Assembly: GCA_046583315.1 (NCBI GenBank)
Contig: JAYGCN010000226.1
Span: 1-15,496 of the forward strand
Direction of reading: 5' to 3'
Source: Candidatus Hydrogenedentota bacterium
GTDB lineage: Bacteria; Hydrogenedentota; Hydrogenedentia; Hydrogenedentales; GCA-2746185
Length of the DNA stretch: 15,496 bases
Shown: positions 1 through 7,441 of the stretch, one piece after another
Layout of the letters: every line of letters begins with the position of its first letter
Position numbering within the stretch: the first letter of the stretch is position 1
Notes under the pieces: model-generated
The model's database searches: none
The model's input: the letters and a program-made list of their open reading frames with translations, nothing else
Told to the model about the DNA's origin: nothing
Translations under genes and position numbers: made by a program

Positions 1-2
1 TC

Positions 3-1256
3 GCGTTGATCCACCAGGAATTGAACCTCGCGGACAATCTTGATGTGGCGGCGAATCTGTATCTCGGTCAGGAAAAGCATCGTTGGGGCTGGATCGATAA
101 TTCGGAGTTGTACACGAAGGCGGAAGGCCTGTTGGCGAAGCTCAATATCGAAATCGATCCGCACACGCGGGTGGAACAGCTCTCTATCGGGCAACAACAG
201 CTCATCGAAATCGCCAAGGCTATTGCGATTGATGCGCGTATTCTTATTATGGACGAGCCGACTTCCAGCCTAACCCAGCACGAATCGGATCACTTATTTT
301 CCGTTATCAACGATTTGCGTGAAAGGGGAATGAGTGTCATTTATATTTCGCATCGACTGAACGAAATCGTGGAAATCGCAGACCGCGTCGTGGTGCTCAA
401 GGACGGTCGCAATGCGGGCGAACTCCCTAAAGGTGAGATTAATCACAACAACATGATCCGATTGATGGTGGGTCGCGATATCGATCGGGCACGTCATCGC
501 GCGGCACTCGAACCAGGAGACTGCGTACTGGAAGTGAGCGATCTCGTCACGCCTGCGCACCCGAACCATCGAAATAGTTTTTCCATTCACGCGGGCGAAG
601 TGGTGGGCATGGCGGGGCTTGTTGGCGCGGGACGTACGGAGATTCTGGAAGCGATCTTCGGGGTGACCCCCGCCGTCTCCGGAACCATCGATGTATTCGG
701 CTATGAGGGCAAAATCCGCACCGCACGCAACGCGATCGATGCCGGCATGGGTCTCGTCCCTGAAGATCGCAAACTGCAGGGTATCATTCTTGAGATGTCC
801 GTTCGCGACAACCTTAGCCTTGTGAGTATGCGCGATCATCAGATAAAGGGTTTTCTGAATTTCCCCTACGACGTTGAAAACAGTCGGATTCAAATCGATG
901 CTCTGTCCATCGCAACTCCGAATGACACGAAAGAGGTTCAGCTACTTTCCGGTGGAAATCAGCAAAAAGTCGTCATCGGAAAATGGTTGGCGACTCACCC
1001 GAAATTGCTCCTGCTGGATGAACCAACGCGCGGCGTGGATGTCGGCGCAAAAGGGGAGATCTACAAACTTATCGAAATGCTTGCTCAGCAGGGCGTGGCC
1101 ATCCTTTTCGTCTCCAGCGATATGGAAGAAGTGCTCTCGCTCTCCGATCGAGTACTGGTGATGCACGAAGGCGAAATCACCGGCGAATTACCGAAGTCCG
1201 AACTCACCGAAGAGAGCGTTATGCGCCTCGCAACCAATGCAACGCTGACGGTCTAA
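3..1256 (+). CDS. Sugar (monosaccharide, CUT2/RbsA-MglA type) ABC transporter ATP-binding protein, 5'-truncated by the window edge
   Basis: The frame is open from the window start (ALIHQELNL). Two NBDs: LSIGQQQLIEIAKA...ILIMDEPTSSL...YISH, then GLVGAGRTE, LSGGNQQKVV and LLLLDEPTRGVDVGAK. Confidence 0.95.
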   Translation, partial: ALIHQELNLADNLDVAANLYLGQEKHRWGWIDNSELYTKAEGLLAKLNIEIDPHTRVEQLSIGQQQLIEIAKAIAIDARILIMDEPTSSLTQHESDHLFSVINDLRERGMSVIYISHRLNEIVEIADRVVVLKDGRNAGELPKGEINHNNMIRLMVGRDIDRARHRAALEPGDCVLEVSDLVTPAHPNHRNSFSIHAGEVVGMAGLVGAGRTEILEAIFGVTPAVSGTIDVFGYEGKIRTARNAIDAGMGLVPEDRKLQGIILEMSVRDNLSLVSMRDHQIKGFLNFPYDVENSRIQIDALSIATPNDTKEVQLLSGGNQQKVVIGKWLATHPKLLLLDEPTRGVDVGAKGEIYKLIEMLAQQGVAILFVSSDMEEVLSLSDRVLVMHEGEITGELPKSELTEESVMRLATNATLTV

Positions 1257-1269
1257 CCCGAAAGTCACC

Positions 1270-2244
1270 ATGAAAAAAATCCTCGGTATTTTTATACTAC
1301 TGATTGTCATCTGCGTATTCACGGCGCTGTCAAACCCCAACTTTCTGGGTGCCTACAACGTCAGCAACACCTTGCGTTGGATTGGACTGTATGGCATTAT
1401 CGGTATCGGCGTTTCGTTCGTGATTATCTCCGGCGGCATCGATCTCTCTATTGGATCGGTCGTCGGACTGACCGGATCGCTGCTCGCAGTATTGCTGACC
1501 AAATACCACGTGTCGGTGCCCCTCGCACTGGCCGCATGTGTTGGTCTGTCGCTATGTATTGGTCTGGCACACGGTCTGCTCATAACGAAACTCAAGCTGT
1601 GGCCTTTTATCGTCACCCTTTGTGGCCTCATGATTTACCGAAGCATGGCGCGCCTCGTCGCGGACGACCAGAGCATCGGATTCGGGAGTGACTATGATGG
1701 TCTGCGCGTCATCGCGACGGGAGCCATCGATCTGCCCGGCGGATACTCAATCCCTTACCCTTTCCTGCTCTTCGTGTTCATCTCATTGATCGCGATGGTG
1801 CTGCTCAACAAAACCCTCTACGGGCGTTACCTGCTCGCCTTCGGGCGCAACGAAGAAGCCGTCCGGTTTAGCGGCATCAATGCGGACCGCGTGGTCATGA
1901 CCTCCTACGTCATTTGTGCATTGATGGGCGGACTCGCGGGCATTCTGTTTTCGCTTGACCTTAATTCCGTGCAACCATCGGGCCTGGGCGAATTCTATGA
2001 ACTCTATGCCATTGCGGCAGCCGTGCTCGGTGGATGCAGCCTGCGCGGCGGTGAAGGTTCGATTATCGGGGTCATGATTGGCACGGCGATTTTGCGTGTT
2101 CTCACCAACTCCATCACGATTCTGCACATCCCCACCTACCTGGAATTTGCGATTATCGGCATAGTGATTCTCATGGGGGTCGCCGCCGATGAAGTGGTAC
2201 GCAAAGTGATGGCGAAACGCCTCACGGCGAAAAAAGCCGGATAG
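1270..2244 (+). CDS. Sugar ABC transporter permease (RbsC/BPD_transp_2 family)
   Basis: Multi-TM protein with IISGGIDLSIGS, YGRYLLAFGRNEEAVRFSGI and YELYAIAAAVLGGCSLRGGEG motifs; starts 13 nt after the ATPase. Confidence 0.95.
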   Translation: MKKILGIFILLIVICVFTALSNPNFLGAYNVSNTLRWIGLYGIIGIGVSFVIISGGIDLSIGSVVGLTGSLLAVLLTKYHVSVPLALAACVGLSLCIGLAHGLLITKLKLWPFIVTLCGLMIYRSMARLVADDQSIGFGSDYDGLRVIATGAIDLPGGYSIPYPFLLFVFISLIAMVLLNKTLYGRYLLAFGRNEEAVRFSGINADRVVMTSYVICALMGGLAGILFSLDLNSVQPSGLGEFYELYAIAAAVLGGCSLRGGEGSIIGVMIGTAILRVLTNSITILHIPTYLEFAIIGIVILMGVAADEVVRKVMAKRLTAKKAG

Positions 2245-2308
2245 CAAATTTGACTGTACCCTCGGGGGAGCGGTAGGGTGATGCACACAAAGCGGGGGAC
2301 GCGATCCA

Positions 2309-3118
2309 GTGATTTACTTGAAGGCCATTTTGCTTGCGATTGTCGAGGGGGTGACAGAGTTTCTGCCCGTCAGTAGCACCGGACACCTGATTCTCGTGGA
2401 AGGCTTTATCCAGTTGAGCGACGATGCCGAATTCAATCGCGCGTTCATGATATTGATTCAGTTTCCCGCGATACTTTCCGTGGTCGTCTACTTTTGGCAG
2501 GATATATGGCCGTTTTCCGGGTCGTCCGATCAGCGCGCCGAACGACTTCGCCTTTGGAAGGTGATCGCCATTGCCGTCGTACCTATCCTGATAGTCGGCG
2601 CACTTCTCAATGATGCTATCGACAAGATATTTTTTGCGCCGATTCCCGTAACGGTCGCGCTGTTGGCTGGAGGCATCGTATTGATCGTTATGGAACGCGT
2701 CTTGAAGAGGGGGGAAATCGATTCGCTCGTTGCTGTTTCAAAAAGCAAGGCTCTTGGAATAGGCCTGTTTCAATGTATGGCTCTGTTCCCCGGGACATCA
2801 CGATCCGGCGCCACCATCTTTGGCGCGATGGTACTCGGCATAGACCGTAAAACGGCAGCAGCATTCTCGTTTATACTGGCCATTCCCACCATGGCCGCCG
2901 CGACGGCGTATCAGTTATTGAACAGTGGATTTGGCTTCACGGGCGAACAGTGGGGCGTGTTGGTTGTCGGCTCACTCGTTTCGTTTGGTGTCTCCTACGT
3001 GTCCATTTCGCTGTTGATGAACTATGTTCAGCACCACAGCTTCGCGGCCTTCGGATGGTACCGTGTTGTGTTGGGTATCGCTATGTTCATTATGATAGCC
3101 ATTGGCGCATTAGCGTAG
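2309..3118 (+). CDS. uppP: Undecaprenyl-diphosphate phosphatase (BacA/UppP)
   Basis: EGVTEFLPVSSTGHL and PGTSRSGAT signature motifs; hydrophobic 269 aa; GTG start with GGGGG upstream. Confidence 0.95.
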   Translation: MIYLKAILLAIVEGVTEFLPVSSTGHLILVEGFIQLSDDAEFNRAFMILIQFPAILSVVVYFWQDIWPFSGSSDQRAERLRLWKVIAIAVVPILIVGALLNDAIDKIFFAPIPVTVALLAGGIVLIVMERVLKRGEIDSLVAVSKSKALGIGLFQCMALFPGTSRSGATIFGAMVLGIDRKTAAAFSFILAIPTMAAATAYQLLNSGFGFTGEQWGVLVVGSLVSFGVSYVSISLLMNYVQHHSFAAFGWYRVVLGIAMFIMIAIGALA

Positions 3119-3142
3119 AAAGGATGGATCACCAACGTTTTC

Positions 3143-3772
3143 ATGAGTAACAATATGTCATCTATAAAGCGTGTTCAACAGTACCGCGCAGCGATGGTCG
3201 AAATCCTGCGCTGGATTCGACGAGATTTCATTTGGAGCCTTCTGGTTGTTCCCATGCTGTCCAGTGCCATCGTCTATATTCTCTCTGTGAATAACGTTAA
3301 TGGGTGGGGAGAGTCCGGCTCTTTCAAAAATCTCATGGAAATCGTTCACCCCTCTTTACTAGCCGGATTTGTCTTGGTCGCATGGGGTCGATGGTGGCTG
3401 TCACGCGACGCCAGTTTCATGTTCTTGGGTGTGTTAGGTCTGTGCGTGCTCAGTCGCGAGATCGTCGGCCAAGGCTCCAGTTTCATCGTGTATATTGGAA
3501 TTGCAGCACTCTTCGTCTATGCCTCAGCGCACCAGATGAAATTGAGGCGACTTCTGACCTCACACTGGACAACCTCCTTCCTGTTCATGTGTTTTCTCTG
3601 TTATGCAACCTCGCAGTTTCTCGATCGCGGCCTGATAAAACGCATCGGATGGCTCATTCTGTGGGATACAAGTTGGCAAGTGCCCTTTTCCTCCAATATT
3701 GAGGAAGCCCTAGAGTCGCTGGGCGGGGCATTTTTGTTGCTAACACCTTCCTTGGTAGCTAAGAAAGGATAA
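3143..3772 (+). CDS. Hypothetical integral membrane protein (about 6 TM helices)
   Basis: 209-aa ORF of alternating hydrophobic segments, starting 24 nt after uppP. Start uncertain (ATG at 3143, 3155 or 3194). Confidence 0.75.
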   Translation: MSNNMSSIKRVQQYRAAMVEILRWIRRDFIWSLLVVPMLSSAIVYILSVNNVNGWGESGSFKNLMEIVHPSLLAGFVLVAWGRWWLSRDASFMFLGVLGLCVLSREIVGQGSSFIVYIGIAALFVYASAHQMKLRRLLTSHWTTSFLFMCFLCYATSQFLDRGLIKRIGWLILWDTSWQVPFSSNIEEALESLGGAFLLLTPSLVAKKG

Positions 3773-3869
3773 CCCTTGTTCGCCTGGTGACGGCAAGGCA
3801 ATCTTCTTAGAAGCGTCATCACACTTCAAGGACGAAGGGTTCCGTTTCGGGATAGGAGGCTGGCACTTA

Positions 3870-3898
3870 TTGTTCTCCTCAGATTTATGTGATATAAG
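3870..3898 (+). promoter_or_regulatory. Putative sigma70 promoter of the secreted beta-helix-like gene
   Basis: TTGTTC (3870-3875), 17 nt, TATAAG (3893-3898), with extended -10 TG at 3890-3891. Confidence 0.55.
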
Positions 3899-3944
3899 GT
3901 ATACGCTTGGCGCGTTTACAACTACCACTTAGGGGGAAATCACT

Positions 3945-4940
3945 ACGAGAGCATTGTGTCTCGCAGCAACATTTTTGTTCGTCACTATCACATCAGCCAC
4001 TGCGCAAATCACATTTCCAGACGGTTCAACGCTTACCACTGGCGAACTCGGAAATGTCATTGTGGTCAATTCTACGGGAACGGATACCGCAAACGGGACG
4101 GCACTCAAGAACGCAATGGATGCTATCAGCGGATCGAACACGACACCGACCGTCGTTCAGTTGGCGGCTGGCATCTACGATATGGGGGTGAATACTCATA
4201 CGATGAAGCCGCATGTGACGTTGCGCGGACTGGGTCGGAAGGTCACACGAATAACCGGTGCCGCGACGATATTGGTCCAGGCAGGTGACGAAGCGGTAAT
4301 GCGTGATTTACGGTTGAGCAGCAGTGCTTCAGGAGTGACTCTCATGCGACTGCAATCCGGTGTGTTTATGGATTGTTACCGTATGGATTTCGAACTGGGC
4401 CAGTCCGGAGGAGGTAGTGGTACCAGCCTGCGAGTCCAAGGCGGTTCTGAGATTGATCTGACATTATGCTCGTTTTCCGGCGACACGAACAACAATGGAG
4501 GGTCGCGTACGGCAATCTGGGTAAGCGGATCTGGTTCCGCTGCGTATATTCAGCAATGTCTGTTGGACATGATCGAGGAATCCCAGACTGGCGCGTTGAC
4601 CGCAATTCTTACCGCATCGGGTGCCGAAGTGGATTTGTACAACAGCGATATACTGATGGAGCGTGACACCGCATCAGCAAACGGTAGTGATGTGACCGCG
4701 CTGTCTGTCGGCTCCGGATCGCGCATCATTACGAAAAACTGCAGCGTGCGTGCGACCATAAACGATGCATGCGGCTCTTCTTTCGGCATTGTTGTCACGA
4801 AAGGGGCGAGCGCGGGCGCATTGAGCGGGTTCGCGACGTTGTATGAAGGCGATTTTCTGCCGAACACCAGTGAATATTATACCGACAACTACAATCAACT
4901 GACACTGTCGCAGTGTTCGGTTAATTTCACCGATCTATAG
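3945..4940 (+). CDS. Secreted protein, probable right-handed beta-helix (pectin lyase-like) fold; start ACG at 3945 or TTG at 3954
   Basis: Signal peptide (M)RALCLAATFLFVTITSATA-Q. N-terminal cap motif NGTALKNAMDAI...VVQLAAGIYDMG...MKPHVTLRGLGRKVTRITG typical of beta-helix proteins, followed by G/S/T-rich short beta repeats. RBS AGGGGG at 3931-3936. Confidence 0.75.
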   Translation, partial: TRALCLAATFLFVTITSATAQITFPDGSTLTTGELGNVIVVNSTGTDTANGTALKNAMDAISGSNTTPTVVQLAAGIYDMGVNTHTMKPHVTLRGLGRKVTRITGAATILVQAGDEAVMRDLRLSSSASGVTLMRLQSGVFMDCYRMDFELGQSGGGSGTSLRVQGGSEIDLTLCSFSGDTNNNGGSRTAIWVSGSGSAAYIQQCLLDMIEESQTGALTAILTASGAEVDLYNSDILMERDTASANGSDVTALSVGSGSRIITKNCSVRATINDACGSSFGIVVTKGASAGALSGFATLYEGDFLPNTSEYYTDNYNQLTLSQCSVNFTDL

Positions 4941-4967
4941 AATTCGCCATACTCTTATGACTGCTAT

Positions 4968-4999
4968 GCCGTCGCCCAGAAATTGGGCGACGGCGTTTT
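4968..4999 (+). terminator. Rho-independent terminator-like hairpin
   Basis: GCCGTCGCCCA-gaaat-TGGGCGACGGC (perfect 11-bp stem) followed by GTTTT, 27 nt after the stop at 4940. Confidence 0.8.
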
Positions 5000-5031
5000 G
5001 GCTTCACGGAACAAACTCGTTCTATCTGGCG

Positions 5032-5060
5032 TTGAATCTGTTATGATGGTTTTTTATAGT
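5032..5060 (+). promoter_or_regulatory. Putative sigma70 promoter of the DJ-1/PfpI gene
   Basis: TTGAAT (5032-5037), 17 nt, TATAGT (5055-5060); RBS AAGGAGG at 5072-5078. Confidence 0.6.
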
Positions 5061-5086
5061 GGACGGTGGAGAAGGAGGGTTATTCC

Positions 5087-5809
5087 ATGTTTCATTCTAG
5101 GTTGGTGCGTCTCGCGATTGTCGCCGTGGCTCTTGTCGGTGTGGTGTCGTCGACTGAGGCGCAGGAGAGTGCGAAAAAAGACGGCCCGATGGTGCTGGGC
5201 GTAATTCTGTATCCCGGTTTTGAACCGCTGGATGTGTTTGGACCGGTGGAAATGTTTATGAACGTACCTGCGAATCTGTTGAAGGTGGTGATGGTTGCGG
5301 AAAAAGCAGGGCCGGTACATTCGACTTCTGGATCGTCGCCGACAAAATTCAACGGTCCAGCGGTGGTTGCGGAATACGGCTTCGAGGACGCGCCGCATCT
5401 GGATATGCTTCTGGTGCCGGGCGGATTTGGCACGATGCCGGCTTTAGGGGATAAGAAGCTCTTGGACTTTCTGAAAGATCGGTCTCCCAAGGCGGATTAC
5501 ACGACGTCGGTTTGTTCGGGTTCCGCGATTTTGGCAAAGGCGGGTCTGTTGGACGGGCAGAAGGCTACGTGCAACAAGATGATGTTCGATATGTTGACCG
5601 CGAACGGCCCGAAGGTGGATTGGGTGCCCAAAGCACGTTGGGTGGAGGATGGCAAAATGATTACATCGTCCGGTGTGAGTGCGGGTATGGATATGGCGCT
5701 CGCTATCGTCGAGAAGTTGTGGGGTACGCCGATGGCCGAAGGCATCGCACAGGGCACAGAGTATATCTGGAATCGTGATTCTACGGACGATCCGTTTGCG
5801 AAGGAATAG
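5087..5809 (+). CDS. DJ-1/PfpI family protein (InhA/isonitrile-hydratase-like subgroup) with N-terminal signal peptide
   Basis: YPGFEPLDVFGPVEMF, LLVPGGFG, nucleophile SVCSGS, and WVEDGKMITSSGVSAGMDMAL. ATG 5087 sits 8 nt after AAGGAGG, a better start than GTG 5066. Confidence 0.92.
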   Translation: MFHSRLVRLAIVAVALVGVVSSTEAQESAKKDGPMVLGVILYPGFEPLDVFGPVEMFMNVPANLLKVVMVAEKAGPVHSTSGSSPTKFNGPAVVAEYGFEDAPHLDMLLVPGGFGTMPALGDKKLLDFLKDRSPKADYTTSVCSGSAILAKAGLLDGQKATCNKMMFDMLTANGPKVDWVPKARWVEDGKMITSSGVSAGMDMALAIVEKLWGTPMAEGIAQGTEYIWNRDSTDDPFAKE

Positions 5810-5846
5810 GACTGTATTGAAGAATCGCAATCTATTCACTTTCCAG

Positions 5847-5875
5847 TTGCAAGTATCGCGATTCTAGGTTAGACT
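5847..5875 (+). promoter_or_regulatory. Putative sigma70 promoter of the 5919 gene
   Basis: TTGCAA (5847-5852), 17 nt, TAGACT (5870-5875). Confidence 0.6.
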
Positions 5876-5918
5876 TATAGAGTGCTTTGGAGAGTTGCAC
5901 CTAACGGGGGATACGATT

Positions 5919-6722
5919 ATGACCGAACGACCATTTGTACGAACGATTTTATTGGGATTGGCCGCAATTTGCCTGGCATCCTATTCATACGCCGACACAT
6001 TGGAACTTCAAAACGGCGACCTACTCGAGGGTATGTTCAAAGGAGGCACGCAGAATTCGATTCGTTTTTCGGTGGATGGAGACTTGAAGATCATTCCGGT
6101 GACGGACATTCTCGCTCTGACGATCAGTCGGAAGACTCAGGTCGCCGAGGTAGTAGAGCCTGCCCCTGAAGTTGAAAAGATGCCGGTTGCGCCACCTGCA
6201 CCAGTCGCTGTACCGGTTGTTGTACAGGCAGATATTCTCGCGCCAGCAGGCACACCCTTGCTCGTTCGCTTCGTCGATCCCATCGATTCGCGTCAGCATA
6301 AAGTTGGCCATCGCTTCGCGGTAAAGTTAGAATCCGATTTCGTACACAACGGAAATGTGATCGCGCGACGCGGTACACAGCTCTATGGTGTGTTGGTGGA
6401 TGCCAATCAAGCTGGACGCATCAAGGGTAAGACCCATTTGACGCTTGAACTGAAAGACATCCGTATAAACGACCGACTGCATCCGATCGTGACGAGCGAA
6501 TACAAACTTGCCGGCACGAAATCATCAGGCAAACGCAGTACGCTTAAAATCCTCGGCGGTGCAGCGTTGGGAGCCATCATCAAAGACGACGACCGTGGCA
6601 AAGGCGCGTTGATTGGTGCCGGTGCCGGGATCGGTGCGTCCGCGATCACCCAGGGTGAACAGATTACCATCCCCAGAGAAACGCTCATCGAATTTCGCCT
6701 GGGCGCGCCGTTTACGTTGTAG
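5919..6722 (+). CDS. Secreted hypothetical protein: small N-terminal beta domain, Pro/Val/Ala linker, VirB10/TrbI-like C-terminal domain with glycine zipper
   Basis: ATG 5919 follows RBS GGGGGA. Signal peptide ends SYSYA-D. Motifs PAGTPLLVRFVDPIDS...GHRF...GTQLYG...AGRIKGKTHLTLEL, glycine zipper ILGGAALGAII...GKGALIGAGAGIG, and terminal ITIPRETLIEFRL. The domain call is from pattern recognition. Confidence 0.75.
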   Translation: MTERPFVRTILLGLAAICLASYSYADTLELQNGDLLEGMFKGGTQNSIRFSVDGDLKIIPVTDILALTISRKTQVAEVVEPAPEVEKMPVAPPAPVAVPVVVQADILAPAGTPLLVRFVDPIDSRQHKVGHRFAVKLESDFVHNGNVIARRGTQLYGVLVDANQAGRIKGKTHLTLELKDIRINDRLHPIVTSEYKLAGTKSSGKRSTLKILGGAALGAIIKDDDRGKGALIGAGAGIGASAITQGEQITIPRETLIEFRLGAPFTL

Positions 6723-6783
6723 ACGGCTTCGTCTCAATTTATTATGTCCCGATGCAGAGGAGCTGTGTGAGCGTAGAATTAGC

Positions 6784-7275
6784 CTAACGAGTAGCAGCGT
6801 CGAACACGATTACCGATTCGCCAATAAGTTTTTTGTTCAATGTTATGTTCCATGCCTTCATTCTACTGTGCCAACGTTTGAATTCTAGAAATTGCTTCCA
6901 CGTCAACTCGATAATTTTTTCTAGCTCGTAGTTTTCGTCAAATTTGACGATGATTAGAAATTCGAATTTTTGATCGATATCGTCATAGGAATCTTTCGGT
7001 GGCAGGCCATAGAATACACCTGTAGTATTTCCTGTTAGTGCCTTAATGCTATACCTATCCCCTTTAGAACTGATCGCATCTATATTCTGAGTGCCTGTGG
7101 GGGCATCTTGCAATTTTACTAAGCCTTTGGTGTTGGAGTAGTAATCGATCGCAAGCCTTTCTCCCAAGTCTCCGACTACGTTTTTCGTTCTAATTATTTT
7201 TCGAGTACGGAGTTCTTTTACGACATCGCCATACAGTTTGATCATTTCTGAATTACTCAAATTACTAAACGGCAT
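6784..7275 (-). CDS. Low-GC hypothetical protein, probable PD-(D/E)XK restriction-endonuclease-like fold
   Basis: 163 aa; RBS AAAGGAG 7 nt before the ATG; GDLGE helix followed by ID-AISSKG-DRYSIK. Three sampled 60-nt lines are 33-40% GC. Confidence 0.8.
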   Translation of the reverse strand: MPFSNLSNSEMIKLYGDVVKELRTRKIIRTKNVVGDLGERLAIDYYSNTKGLVKLQDAPTGTQNIDAISSKGDRYSIKALTGNTTGVFYGLPPKDSYDDIDQKFEFLIIVKFDENYELEKIIELTWKQFLEFKRWHSRMKAWNITLNKKLIGESVIVFDAATR

Positions 7276-7301
7276 GGAATATCTCCTTTGACAGAGTGGT
7301 C

Positions 7302-7330
7302 AGATTACTCAATGAACCTGTTTTTATCAA
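7302..7330 (-). promoter_or_regulatory. Putative sigma70 promoter of the nuclease-like gene
   Basis: On the - strand: TTGATA (7330-7325), 17 nt, TAATCT (7307-7302), just upstream of the RBS at 7289-7283. Confidence 0.6.
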
Positions 7331-7411
7331 ATAGGGTTTCATCTCACAAGTTTCCATTCGGGAAAAATACACGAACATTTAAGCACTTAACGGAGTTTTT
7401 TGACTAGATTT

Positions 7412-7441
7412 TTGATTTCAGTTGCCACTATTTGGTATAAA
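7412..7441 (+). promoter_or_regulatory. Putative gap-operon promoter
   Basis: TTGATT (7412-7417), 18 nt, TATAAA (7436-7441), with extended -10 TG at 7433-7434. Confidence 0.45.

Noticed and set aside
3861..3875. Possible sigma54 promoter (TGGCAC)
   Set aside because: No TTGC at the required spacing; the sigma70 reading fits better.
5072..5089. Shared AAGGAG..TATTCCATG initiation region between the DJ-1 and nuclease-like genes
   Set aside because: The match is short and mostly RBS plus start codon; no flanking homology, so chance is likely.
6782..6848. attC-like core GCCTAAC/GTTAGGC overlapping the nuclease-like gene's stop codon
   Set aside because: Wrong orientation for a cassette carrying this gene, no convincing paired L/R boxes, no second attC and no integrase.
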